Assembly (NCBI GenBank): GCA_963514005.1
Contig: OY740798.1
Coordinates: forward strand, 51,522,001-51,586,000
Direction: 5' to 3'
From: Raja brachyura
Taxonomy: Eukaryota
DNA: 64,000 bases
Shown: piece after piece, positions 51,895 to 64,000 of the stretch
Numbering within the stretch: position 1 is the stretch's first letter
Layout of the letters: each line of letters starts with the position of its first letter
Notes under the pieces: model-generated
What the model was told of the DNA's origin: nothing
Database searches by the model: none
Seen by the model: only the letters and a program-made list of their open reading frames with translations
Position numbers and translations under genes: made by a program

Positions 51895-53710
51895 CAGGTG
51901 CAGGAGTAGGCTATTCGGCCCTTTGAGCCAGCACTACCATTCACTATGATCATGGTTGATCATCCAAAATCAGTACCATGTTCTTGCTTTTTCCCCATAT
52001 CCCTTGATTCACTTAGCCCTAAGAGTTAAATCTAATTCTCTCTTGAAAACATCCAGTGAATTGGCCTCCACTGCCTTCTGTGGAGAGAATTCCAAAGAAT
52101 CACAGCTCTCTGGGTGAAAATGTTTTTCCTCATCTCAGTCCTAAATGGGCTACCCCTTATTCTTAAACTGTGACCCCTGGTTCTGGACTCCTCCAACTAC
52201 CCCAACATTGGGAACATTTTCCCTGGATCTATCCTGTCCAATCCTCCAAGAATTTTACATGTTTCTATCAGATATCCTCTCATCCTTCTAAATTCCAGTG
52301 AATACAAACCCAGTAGACCCATTATTTCATCATCTGCCAGTCCCGCCATCCCGGGAATTAACATGGTGAACCTATACTGCACTCCCCAAATAGCAATAAT
52401 GTCCTTCCTCAAATTACGAGACCTAATTTCCACACAATACTCCAGGTGCGGTCTCACCAGGGTCCTGGACAACTACAGTAGGACCTCCTTGCTCCTAAAC
52501 CCAAATCCTCTTGCTATGAAGGTCAACATGCCATTAGCTTTCTTCACTGCCTGCTGTACCTGCATGCTGACATTCAGTGACTGATGTACAAGCACACCCA
52601 GGTTTTGTTGCACCTCCCCTTCTAATCTGACACCATTCAGATAATAATCTGCCTTCCTGTTCTAAACACCAAAGTGGATAACCTCACATTTATCCACATT
52701 ACACTGCACCTACCATGTATCTGCCCACTAGCCCAACCTATCCAAGTCACCCTGCAGCCTCATAGCAACCTCCTCTCAGCTCACACTGCCACCTAGCTTT
52801 GTGTCATCCACAAACTTGGAGATGTTACATTTGTCTAAATCGTTAATATATATTGTAAATAACTGGGGTCCCAGCACTGAGCCTTGCAGCACCCCACTAG
52901 TCACTGCTTGCCATGCTGAAAAGGATCTGTTAATTCCTACTCTTTGCTTTCTGTCTGCCAACCAATTTTCTATCCATGTCAATACCCGACCCCCAGTACC
53001 ATGTGCTCTAATTGTACACTAATCTCTAGTGTGGGTGCTTGTCAAAGGCATTTTGACATTCTAGATTTACTTCATGAACTGGCTCTCCCTTATCCATTCA
53101 ATTTGTTACATTCTCAAAAAATTCCAGAATATTAGTCAAGCAGGATTTCCCCTTCATAAATCCATGCTGACTTTGACCGATCCTGTCACTGCTTCCCAAA
53201 TGCTCTGCTATTACATCTTTAATAATCGACTCAAGCATCTTCACCATTACCGATGTAAGGCTAACTGTTCTATAATTCCCTGTTTTCTTTCTCCCTCCTT
53301 TCTTAAAAAGTGGGGGTACATTGGCTACCCTTCAGTCCACGGGAACTGATCCAGAGTCTATAGAACATTGGAAAATGATCACCAATGCATGCACGATCTA
53401 TAGGGCCACCTCCATGAGTACTCTGAGATGTAGACCATCAGGCCCTGGGGATTTATCTGCCTTACCTAACACCGTTTTCTGACTAATATGGATGCCCTTC
53501 AGTTCCTCTCTCCCACTAGATCCTCAGTCCCCTGGGGAGATTATTTGTGTTCTTTTTTTCCCCTCTTAATTAACCCCTTTGTCCTCCCCTGTTGAGTTCT
53601 AAATTTCTTCTGGTTAGCCGCTCCTCCTGGCCAATTTATATGCCACTTCCCTGGATTTAACACTATCCTTGACTTCCCTCGCCAGCCACGGTTGAGCCGC
53701 CTTCCCAGTT
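51895..53710 (-). mobile_element. CR1 ORF2 fragment
   Basis: RT and C-terminal motifs on the minus strand. Confidence 0.9.
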
Positions 53711-54301
53711 TTAGGGGGGATGTTTCCACTGGTGGGAGAGTCTAGGACTAGAGTTCATAGCCTCAGAATTAAAGGATGTTCTTTTAGGAAGGATATGAGG
53801 AGAAATGTCTTTAGTCAGAGGGTGGTGAATGTGTGGAATTATTTGCCACAGAAGGCTGTTAGTGGATATTTGTAAGGCAGAGATAGATTCATGATTAGTA
53901 CAGATGTCAGTGGTTATGGGGAGAAGGCAGGAGAATGGGGTTAGGATGGATTGATATATCAGCCATGATTGAATGGCACAGGGGACTTGATGGGCCAAAT
54001 GGCCTAATTCTACTACTACCACATAACCTTATGGCCTTATGACTAGCAGGGATGGAAACAGAGGAAATTTGATGTCTAAAGTGATGTATTTAACTAAATA
54101 ACAATTGTACGTCACTTTTGCAGCAGCAACATGCAGATCTTTAGTCAGGTTAAGGCTTCGCTTTTGTGCTCTTAAAATATTGGTGGGAAACTACAAAAGT
54201 TCGAGTCCTGTGATCCAGCTTTTCGGAATGTGTTGGGATACCTTATCTCAGGCAGTGTTGGCATCATTACACGTGAGACTCCTTCTTGTGTTTTAATACA
54301 G

Positions 54302-54392
54302 CACCGGATACAGATGTCACCACAGGAAGTCCCGATGTGGAGCATAAATCAAGCTAGGAATCTGGAAAATCAATATGCAGGAAAACAAGAAG
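54302..54392 (+). CDS. Candidate small/alternative exon of gene B (APDTDVTTGSPDVEHKSS*), +1 nt relative to the 12728 copy
   Basis: Intact acceptor cttcttgtgttttaatacag and donor AAG|gtaatg. It is 91 nt with an in-frame TAG at 54355-54357. Confidence 0.5.
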
Positions 54393-54529
54393 GTAATGCT
54401 TCTGCTGAATCATAGAACATAGAACAGTACAGCACAGGAACAGGCCCTTCAGCCCACACTATTTGTGCCGACCATCACTTATGATGCCGACCATCACCTG
54501 CACATAACCCATATCCCTCCATTCCCAGT

Positions 54530-57460
54530 ATAGAAACATAGAAAATAGGTGCAGGAGTAGGCCATTCGGCCCTTCGAGCCTGCAACTCCATTCAATATGA
54601 TCATGGCTGATCATCCAACTCAGTATCCTATACTTGCCTTCTCTCCATACCCCCTGATCCCTTTAGCCACAAGGACCACATCTAACTCCCTCTTAAATAT
54701 AGCCAATGAACTGGCCTCAACTACCTTCTGTGGCAGAGAATTCCAGAGATTCATCACTCTCTGTGATGAAAAATGTTTTCCTCATCTCGGTCCAAAAGGA
54801 ATTCCCCCTTAGTCTGGTGAACCTTCTCTGTACTTCCTCTATGGCAAGAATGACTTTCCTCAGATTTGGAGACCAAAACTGTATGCAATACTCCAGGTGT
54901 GGTCTCACCAAAACCCTGTACAACTGCAGTAGAACCTCCCTGCTCCTATACTCAAATCCTTTTGCTATGAATTCTAACATACCATTCGCTTTTTTCACTG
55001 CCTGCTGCACCTGCATGCCTACTTTCAATGACTGGTGTACCATGACACCCAGGTCTCGTTGCATCTCCCCTTTTCCTAATCGGCCACCATTCAGATAATA
55101 GTCTACCCTCCTGTTTTTGCCACCAAAGTGGATAACCTCACATTTATCCACATTATACTGCATCTGCCATGCATTTGTCCACTCATCCAGCCTATCCAAG
55201 TCAGCTTGCAGCTGCCTAACATCCTCCTCACACCTAACACTGCCCCCCAGCTTTATGTCATCCGCAAACTTGGAGATGTTGCATTCAATTCCCTCGTCCA
55301 AATCATTAATATATATTGCAAATAGCTGGGATCCCAGCACTGAGCTTTGCAGTACCACACTAGTCACTGCCTGCCATTCTGAAAAGGACCCGTTTACTCC
55401 TACACTTTGCTTCCCGTCTGCCAGTCAATTCTCTATCCACATCAATACTGAACCCCCAATACCGTGTGCTTTAAGTTTGTATACTAATCTCTTATGTGGG
55501 AACTGGTCGAAAGTCTTCTGAAAGTCTAGATATAACACATCCACTGGTTCTCCATTATCCACTCTACTAGTTACATCCTCGAAAAATTCTATAAGATTCG
55601 TCAGACATGATTTACCTTACGTAAATCCATGCTGACTTTGTCCAATGATTTCACCATTTTCCCAATGTGCTACTATCCCATCTTTAATAACTGACTCTAG
55701 CAGTTTCCCCACTACCAATGTTAGACTAACTGGTCTGTAATTCCCCATTTTCCCTCTCCCTCCTTTTTTAAAAAGCAGGATTACATTAGCTACCCTCCAA
55801 TCCTCAGGAACTACTCCTGAATCTAAAAAGTTTTGAAAAATTATCACTAATGCATCCACTATTTCTGTGGCTGCTTCCTTGAGTACTCTGGGATGCAGCT
55901 TATCTGGCCCTGGGGATTTATAGGCCTTTAATCCATTCAATTTACCCAACACCACTTCCCGGCTAACCTGGATTTCACTCAGTTCCTCCATCTCATTTGA
56001 CCCCGGTCCCCTGCTATTTCTGGCAGTCTTCTTTAGTGAAGACAGAACCAAAGTAGTTATTCAAATGGTCTGCCATGTCCTTGTTCCCCATGATCAATTC
56101 ACCTGTTTCTGATTGCAAGGGACCTACATTTGTTTTAACTGATCTTTTTCTCTTCACATATCTATAAAAACGTTTATAGTCAGTTTTTATCTTCTCTGCC
56201 ATTTTTCTTTCATAATCTATTTTCCCTTTCCTAATTAATCCCTTTGTCCTCCTCTGCTGGACTCTGAATTTCTCCCAGTCCTCTGGTAGGTTGCTTTTTC
56301 TGGCTACTTTGTATGCTTCATCTTTACATAGCAGCATACCCATGTTTCTATCCAAAAGCCTCTTAAACACCACTCCCTCACCGTCCCTGGCAGCATGTTC
56401 CAGACATTCACTTCCTTCTGTGTAAAAAATAACTTGGAGAGACTGGAGAAATCTATCGGCGGGACTCCGAGTTCAGCAGTCTGATGGTGTTATTGTAGAA
56501 GCTGTTCCTCATCCTACTAGTGCGGCACTAGGCTCCTACATAGAAACATAGAAACATAGAAAATAGGTGCAGGAGTAGGCTATTCGGCCCTTCGAGCCTC
56601 CACCGCCATTCAATATGACCATGGCTGATCATTCAACTCAATATCCTGTTCCTGCCTTCTCTCCATACACCCTGATCCCTTTAGCCACAAGGGCCACATC
56701 TAACTCCCTCTTAAATATAGCCAATGATCTGGCCTCAACTACCTTCTGTGACAGAGAATTCCAGAGACTCACCACACTCTGTGTGAAAAATGTTTTCCTC
56801 ATCTCGGTCCTAAAGGAATTCCCCCTTATCCTTAAACTGTGACCCCTTGTTCTGGACCTCCCCAACATCGGGGAACAATCTTCCTGCATCTAGCCTGTCC
56901 AACCCCTTAAGAATTTTGTAAGTTTCTATAAGATCCCCCCTCAATCTTCTAAATTCTAGCGAGATGTAAAGTCATTCTAGTCATAGATGTAAAGAACTTG
57001 TACTTCCAGGGAGATTGTATTTGAACAACCAGACATGACATGCGGAAATGTACTTTTAGGTGAATGATTATTCTAAACTCCCAATGCACAGATGAAAGGC
57101 CCAAGAGATGGGACGGGGGGGGGGGGGGGGGAAGAGGCGTGGGGTGGTGGTGGGCTGGGTGTGCGTGTTGGGGAGAGAAGGAAGAAAAAGAATGCAAGAG
57201 AGAGAACAGTTAACAGCTCCAAGTAAATCTAATCTAACATAGAACATAGAACATAGAAAATAGGTGCAGGAGTAGGCCATTCGGCCCTTCGAGCCTGCAC
57301 CGCCATTCAATGTGATCATGGCTGATCATCCAACTCAGTATCCCGTACCTGCCTTCTCTCCATACCCCCTGATCCCTTTAGCCACAAGGGCCACATCTAA
57401 CGCCCTCTTAAATATAGCCAATGAACTGGCCTCAACTACCTTCTGTGGCAGAGAATTCCA
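54530..57460 (-). mobile_element. CR1 ORF2 copy plus two further young CR1 3' ends
   Basis: ORFs 54717-, 55617-, 56014-, 56638-. Near-identical (catagaaa)n-tailed ends at 54530, 56540 and 57240. Confidence 0.9.
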
Positions 57461-57479
57461 GAGACACATCTCCTGTACC

Positions 57480-58211
57480 ACACAAGAGCGGAACTCGCTA
57501 TCAAAACATGGAGGGGAAGGGGGGACACAATTTTTTGGCAGCAGCGCGCGCATGCACACACTCATACACACATGCGCGAGCAAAGATACTAGAGGAGTAT
57601 CTTTATAGATACTCTAGTATCTTTGCTTCGGAGGCTCAATCCAGCGCTAAATGCAGCTCAACTCTGCCTGTGTCGCCGGGTTAACTACTGCCCTGTCTGG
57701 ACTGATGGGACACCAGCACTGCTTCTCCGCGCTGCCCATTTTTCCCGCAAGCCCAGGCAGGTTGACCTGGCGGGACAGGCAGAGTGAGCTGGGTTTAGTG
57801 CTGCTCCTAGGCGCTGGCTGTGGGCCTGGGGGTGGTGCACCCATCTGACTCCCGACCTCTCTGGCCACCCGTGGGGGGGGGGGTGGGGGGGGGCACTCGG
57901 GTGGGGACGGGCAGTGTGGGAGACCCGGCCGGGGTCGATCCTGGCTGCACATGAGGCGCAAGTCTGTGCCACGTCTCCCTCCTGCAATCATCGCACTCCC
58001 ATGTCCCGCCCCCATTGCCTGCTGATTGACATCTCCCCCTTCCAATCGGCCCCCTTGATCAGCAGTCCCACCTCCACTGTCTCGCGGAAAGCGGATATTT
58101 TAACATCCGGACAACAAAAACTTGGGGGGGACGTCCCCCACCTCTCAAAACATGGGGGGGGACGTGTCCGCTCTGCCCCCCCCCCCCCCCCCCCCATGTT
58201 TTCCGCCCCTG
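57480..58211. mobile_element. Putative GC-rich non-autonomous DNA transposon
   Basis: Ends ...ttccgcccctg (hAT-like terminus); repeated caaaacatgg...ggggac motifs; internal palindrome at 57580-57626. Confidence 0.45.
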
Positions 58212-59136
58212 GCTCCACACATCTCCATTAATCTTTGCATTTCTCACCTCAAGCTATGGCCTCTAGTGTTTGATTTTTCCATTCTGGGAAACAGATTCCT
58301 AATGTCTTTCCGTTCATTCCTCTCATAATTATACATACTTTTCTACACAATCTCCAGCATTCCAGAAATAAACAATACAAGTCTGTCCAACCACTCCCTG
58401 TAGTTAATACCCACAAATCCAAGCATCATTCTGGCAAACCTCTTCTGCACCCTTTCTAAAGCCTTGGGGCTTTCTAATTCCTGCCATGGGGCGACCAGAA
58501 CTGCACACAAGACTCCAAATGGGACCTGACCAAAGTCCTGTGAAGCTGCATGATGACTTCCTGACTCTTGTACTCAATTCCCCAGGGAATCATTGAAATA
58601 TGAATGTGATTTCATTGCCTGTTGTGGATTGTACATGTTTAACACCTAGTACATCCCTGGGAATATTTTCTCCATCATCTAGAGATAAGGCATTTCCAAA
58701 GTGCTGCATACACATGGTTTGATGTGTACAACTGCCTTGTCTTTTTTGGAGGGTTTCAAACCCGTTCCTTATAATATATCACAAATTCCAGAAATGCTCC
58801 CCTGCTGACTCGCCCTCTTTTTCACCAACTCAATCCCACAAGACAACATTCTGTCACATTTTTTGCCTCGTTGGTCTATCTACGGACTGTTAGAGGCTCC
58901 ATTAAATACGTCGCAGTAAATATGCTCCTTCTGTACTTAGATGCCAAGACAGTCTCAGTTAATACTTGGGGAAATTAAAATCCCTGAGATTAATAACGTT
59001 ATGTATCTCTGTGACATCTGTCTACATCACGGTTCCTCTACCTCTTGTCAACTGATGAACGGTCTGTAGCTCATCACCAGCAGTGACAATATCCTTTTGT
59101 TCCTAAACTCTTCCACATGGCTCGTTTGTGAAACAG

Positions 59137-59990
59137 GCAGCACGGTGGCGCAGCGGTAGAGTTGCTGCCTTGCAGCGCCGGAGATCCAGGTTAGATCCTG
59201 GCTGCATGTGCTGTGTGTACGGAGTTTGCACGTTCCTCCCGTGACTGTGGGTTTTCTCAGGGAGCTCCGGTTTCCTCCCACACTCCATAGACGTGCAGGT
59301 TTGTAGGTTACACAAAAAGCTGGAGAAACTCAGTGGGTGCAGCAGCATCTAAGGGGCGAAGGAGATAGGCGACATTTCGGGTCGAGACCCTTCTTCAGAC
59401 TGGTCAGGGAACAGGGAAACGAGAGATATAAACAGTGATGTGGAGAGATAAAGAACAATGAATGAAAGATATGCAAAAAAGTATTGATGATAAGGGAAAC
59501 TGGCCATTGTAAGCTGTTTGTGGTGTGAAAATGAGAAGCTAGTGCGACTGGGGAGGGGGGGGGAGATGGAGAAGGAATGTCAGGACCCGAGGGCTGAGGG
59601 AGAGGTGGGGAGGGGTGGTAAGTTGGAGGAACAGCACCTCATATTCCGCTTGGGGAGTCTGCATCCTCTGGGCTTAAACATTGAATTTTCTCAATTCTGT
59701 TAACCCAGACTGCCCCCACCCCTCCCCACCTCTCCCTCAGCCCTCGCGCCTATCTCCTTCGCCCCTTAGATGCTGCTGCACCCGCTGAGTTTCTCCAGCT
59801 TTTTGTGTAACCCTCGATTCTCCAGCATCTGCAGTTCCTTCTTTAACAGGTTTGTAGGTTAATTGGCTTTGGTAAGATTGTAAATTGTCCCTAGTGTGCA
59901 GGATAGTGCAAGTGTATGGGGTGATCGCTGGTCGGCGCGGACTCGGTGGGCTGATGGGCCCGTTTCCGCGCTGTATCTCTGAAGTCTAAA
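59137..59990 (+). mobile_element. Full-length tRNA-derived SINE (HE1-like) split by a Penelope-derived insertion
   Basis: A box tggcgcagcgg, B box-like ggttagatcc, CR1-like tail. Insert 59311-59846 is flanked by TSD caggtttgtaggtta (59296-59310, 59847-59861). Confidence 0.85.
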
Positions 59991-60304
59991 GTTCATAGAT
60001 AATCTGTCCAACACTGAAATAATGCAGTGATGCAAAGATAATGAATGCAAGCGTTATATTTGCTTATTTAAAAAGTTCGCATTTTAAATACATATTTTCT
60101 CATCGCAGCAAGCAGATGATAGGAATTATCCTGCTTAAATTAGAATGTAAAACATAGAACAGTACAGGAACAGGCCCTTCAGCCCACTATGTCCGTGCTT
60201 GACATGAATCCGACATGAATTCTGTGAATCATATGTGCAATAATTTTGACGCTGCTCATATTTGCTTGGTTCCATTTCTAAGCTCTTTCCTTGTGTTAAT
60301 TCAG

Positions 60305-60435
60305 CATCAAATCCAACGGGAATACAAGTGGAAGCAAAATACAGCAAAGCAGAAAATAATTTTAAATCACAGAATCAGGAAGAGAAAGGGGAAAAGAATC
60401 AGAAAATGACTGAGAACAAAGAAGAAAAGAATTGA
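60305..60435 (+). CDS. Probable terminal exon of gene B: charged tail ASNPTGIQVEAKYSKAENNFKSQNQEEKGEKNQKMTENKEEKN*
   Basis: Acceptor ctttccttgtgttaattcag; purine-rich non-repeat sequence open in phase 1 to TGA 60433-60435. Confidence 0.55.
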
Positions 60436-60709
60436 CAGCTTTAAACAAAGCTTCAGACAAAGGCAAAGACACTACAGGAACAAATGGTGTAAATTATAAC
60501 ATGGGGTTGCCAGCACGGTGGAGACACAAGGAACTGCAGATGCAGGAACATTGAGCAAAACACAAAGTACTGGAGGAACTCAGTGGGTCAGGCAGCATCC
60601 GTGGAGGGAACATCAAGGTTTCTGACCCCAAAGGTAATCAGTCCATTCCCTCCACAGATGCTGACTGACCCGCTGAGTTCCTCCAGCACTTTGTAATTTG
60701 CATGTATGG

Positions 60710-61800
60710 TGGATTCGGTGGCACTATGCTGGCTTAGGACACGCACTAATCACCTCCGCACCGTCAAATGCCAAAAACCTATTGAAAATTTAAACCGGAC
60801 AGACCTAAAAATATTTATCGGCGGACGTTCAGCAGTCGCATAAGTGACGTCATCAGAATGCGACCCCGGTACTTTTAAAATGCCCGTTAGGCGTTTGCCT
60901 AAACACCCGCTGAAACATCAACTACAGGTTACTGAAGGCCACGAAGAAGCCTCGACCTCGACTATTGCACAACCCCGAGAGGAAGCAGCAAGGTAACCTC
61001 CGGGTTTGGTGGAGGAGATCCGTTCAACACTGAGTCATGAACTTTCGGCTGTGAAGGCAGAAATCTGTGGCAAGATTGACAAGATTGATGCCCGTATAGA
61101 GGAGTGAATGCCGACCTGAAAGGGGAAATCCACAGGCTTGAAACCGACATCAGCCGTAAGTTGGAACCTATTCTTTCGCTACTTCACGAAAACAAAGCGA
61201 GGCTATTTGGGAATTGGAAACTACTGCAGCTTTAAATGTCGAGACAACACAGGCTGACGGCTGAGGCAGAACGTATGTCCGGGTTACTAGCTAAAGTAAC
61301 AGAAAAATGTCTAGATTTCGAGGGGCGCTCTAAACGTCAGAACCTAAGGATTGTTGGAGTGAGAGAAGGCAAATAACTTGGTCAAAATCGTCGAGATTTT
61401 ACGGCTCAACTACGTCACGACGTACTCTCTTTGGATGAAAAACCTAAACTTGACCAGGCTCACCGAGCTCTGAGAGCCAGGTCAGACATCACAGCCCCAC
61501 CAAGACATTTGATCCTGAGGGTGCACCACTGCCATGTTCTAGAGGATATTCTACAGGAAGTTGCCAGCAACAGAAACCTAACTTTTCAAGGTGAAAACGT
61601 ACGAATCTTCAGAGAATTTCCTGCCGAAGTCGTTAAGAAAAGAGCACTCTTCTCCAAGTCGAGAGCAATTCTGAGGGACATACCTGATCTCCGATTTGGC
61701 CTAATTGCCAGTTACTTATAAAGGGTTTGAATCCTTCTTTACTGATCCTGATAAAGCATTCCAGTTTGCCCAGGACACTGTGGCATCCGTCAAGGGATAA
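60710..61800 (+). mobile_element. Old L1 5' UTR and ORF1 remnant
   Basis: KCLDFEGRSKRQNLRIVGVREG, KLDQAHRALR, RIFREFPAEVVKKRALF, with frameshifts. Confidence 0.85.
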
Positions 61801-62199
61801 GTAATACTTTACTGAGTTTATACTGTGATTATAATCAATAAGTTGTTATATATCTACAGACTTCAAAACAGTATTAATAGAAAGTTAAGTAATAAGTGCC
61901 GTATGGTAGTTACATTTCTCATTATTCAACTACTTAGTTAGATCCCACTAAGATACTTAACTTCCTTGGAATGTTGATTCCCTGATGGATTTAAATATTT
62001 AAAAATATTTTTAAGGTTTGTTCTGTTTAGTTTTTATTAACTCCTTAAGGTGCGGAGTTATCTAATATTATCTATCTTACGGAAGCTTTCATTAACAACC
62101 ACCGTTGGGTGGTATTCACTAGCAGCATCCTTATATGCTGTAATTTTTGTGATAATATCCTAGTTAATAATGAAATATTTTATAATTAGAATGGATTAA

Positions 62200-62883
62200 G
62201 TAAAATATTAGCTTGAGTATAGCCTGAGTATAACCCAGCTTTTTCTGGGTGCTGAAATAAGCTGAGGTTTGCAGAAATGTGGGAATCAGGAAATTGGAGG
62301 CCAGCTTTCAAACTGCGTCCAAGCTGCTTCCTGCTGTGCCCAAGCAAAATATATTGACAATGGTGAAAGGGGATGTACTTCCTGAGAAGGTTCTGGCCTC
62401 TGTAAACAGAAGCCTTAAGAGAGGATAAGCTTTCTGAAACGTTGGAAGTTTCTGCATTCTGAAACTTCTGTGGGCAATTGATAAGGGTCCTTACATTATT
62501 TAAGAAGGTACTGCAGTTGGTAGACCTTTGACTAACTTCCCGTTATTTGGGGGTTTCGTAACTAAAGTTTGTGATCAATATAACCATAGCATGAGAAGGA
62601 TTGTATCAGTGACAAGCATGCTTTGAATGGGTAGAGCTGTGATTGATATGTTAGACGTCATTGCTGCAAATCTGTATAAACATGTGACTATTTTTCCGAA
62701 ATACTATAAAGGATGCTGTATGTCTTCATTCATTAGAGTGGTGCCCTAGGAGGAGTTAAGTGTCTGCTGAATGCTTGACTTTGTATCTCCTAACACTCTC
62801 TCTGGCTAAGTGATCATTAAAGCTTGTATTGGTTTTACCTAGCTTATTGTAAGTTGTTTGTTTTAAGAAAATGAACCTTAACA
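62200..62883 (+). mobile_element. Possible solo LTR
   Basis: TATAAA near 62705, ATTAAA near 62816, ends ...ccttaaca. No clean 5' end or TSD found. Confidence 0.3.
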
Positions 62884-63296
62884 TTTGTTGTTTCTCTTTT
62901 TCACTTTCTAATTTCTTTACTAAATATCTCATCTATCTTTACTAATGCACATTTTTCTTGGGGATATCTCTGGGGGATGGGGAAATGGGGATAGGGCTCA
63001 CCCACCCAGCATTTAAAGGAAATATTTCAAATAATATGTAGGACCATTTAAATCAAAAGAGACCATGTAAGCTTTAAAATGCAAGATGATGTAGCCAGGG
63101 CCGGCCTTAGGAGGTGCAGGGCCCAATTGGGAATTTTTTTGTAGAAATATAAATAAATAATTATAAATGAGTCACGTGTCATGAGTAACATGGACTGACT
63201 ACCCACACGCTGTGAAAGGAACTCCCCCCCCCCCCCCCCTTATCCAGCAGTGCTGTCCTTTTTCAGCCGCTTCCCATCAGCTGCTAGCAATGGGGG

Positions 63297-63368
63297 ATAG
63301 ACTTGGCTATATCTCAGTACAGCAACATTGTTCTTGATGTTGCTGTACTGAGGGATAACGAAGTCTAT
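63297..63368. repeat. Hairpin-forming inverted repeat
   Basis: 16-bp perfect stem ctcagtacagcaacat/atgttgctgtactgag with an 8-nt loop, plus outer atagactt/aagtctat. Confidence 0.85.
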
Positions 63369-64000
63369 CTTTCTTGGCTAACAACCTAACCGTCAGCCTC
63401 CAAGATGCAGCTACATTTTCTAGCAATGTTACAAAATTTTGAGATTTTAAAAATCAAGCCTGCAATTTATCCCATCAGATAAAGCATAAAAAGTTTTAAT
63501 TTGACACCTAATTCACTTTCATATCGTCAGTATTAAAAAAAGTTATGGCCATTTTCATACTCGGAAATTAGCATCTTGTCCCTATTGCTTTTCCATTGAC
63601 TTAACACAAAAGCTGTGATCGAGGACAGTCAAAAGCCCATAACTTTCTTAAAAATTAAGAGAACTGAATGAAATTTTCAGTTATTATAGATTGAAGCATT
63701 CTGAAACAAATATAAAACATCTTACTTGGGTAACATGAAATTAAAGCATATAATTAGTTAATTACCTAATTGTAGCTAAATACAAAATTGACCGTTGTGA
63801 AAATTCAAATATGTGATATTTTCAAGATCAGAACTTTAATATTATTGTATTATACGCTGTAAGTCCGTAACAGATAGGTAAATAAATTACAATTTCTAGC
63901 AATAGACCAAGTCTTTATAGAGAAGATCAGTTGCTAGCTGGTACGTTGGCAGATCATAACCAGTAGCATCATCACACTCCTCAGATTGTAACCAATAAGC

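Larger units (their letters stand above)
48115..54510 (+). repeat. Segmental duplication, copy B, with extra internal sequence
   Basis: Matches 13721-15330 apart from 48992-49833 and 49899-53756. Confidence 0.88.
24992..60435 (+). other. NCR3LG1: Gene model B: NCR3LG1/B7-H6-like type I membrane protein with two post-TM Ig domains, about 619 aa
   Basis: Seven GT-AG exons, all phase 1, summing to 1860 nt in one open frame. The V and C1 domains carry B7-H6-like motifs. The 3' end and continuity across the N gap are less certain. Confidence 0.75.

Noticed and set aside
57010-57059. Possible extra small exon (cttccag...ttttag|gtgaat)
   Set aside because: Has a stop in the phase-1 frame and no homology support.
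59137-59215. tRNA gene
   Set aside because: The A/B boxes belong to a SINE head that continues into the family body and LINE-like tail.

Overview
Repeat-dense eukaryotic DNA. The CR1/tRNA-SINE/Penelope landscape suggests a cartilaginous fish (skate/ray-like); this is an inference. The main gene is a plus-strand, all-phase-1 multi-exon B7-family gene most similar to NCR3LG1/B7-H6. Its exons are: signal peptide 24992-25133, IgV 36363-36698, IgC1 39676-39996, TM 42294-42407, then two further C1-type Ig exons AFTER the TM (43645-44082, 45435-45812) and a probable terminal exon (60305-60435), giving about 619 aa. The first post-TM domain has lost both canonical Ig cysteines and the core Trp (C->W, W->L, C->I), which fits a cytosolic Ig module. 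The last exons of a probable upstream paralogue (5369-5446, 6426-6868) carry the same disulfide-less domain type, so this looks like a tandem cluster of B7-H6-like proteins with intracellular Ig domains. An ISRE/IRF motif lies just before the start codon. A 180-N assembly gap between the TM exon and the post-TM exons is the main caveat. The rest is transposable elements and a local duplication. These include a young near-intact L1 with TSD, a CR1 with nested DNA-transposon and Penelope insertions, Neptune-type Penelope copies with TSDs and hammerhead-like motifs, Gypsy remnants, a Harbinger-type MITE, SINEs, and a duplicated segment carrying decayed copies of a small exon. Repeat boundaries without a stated TSD/TIR are approximate.
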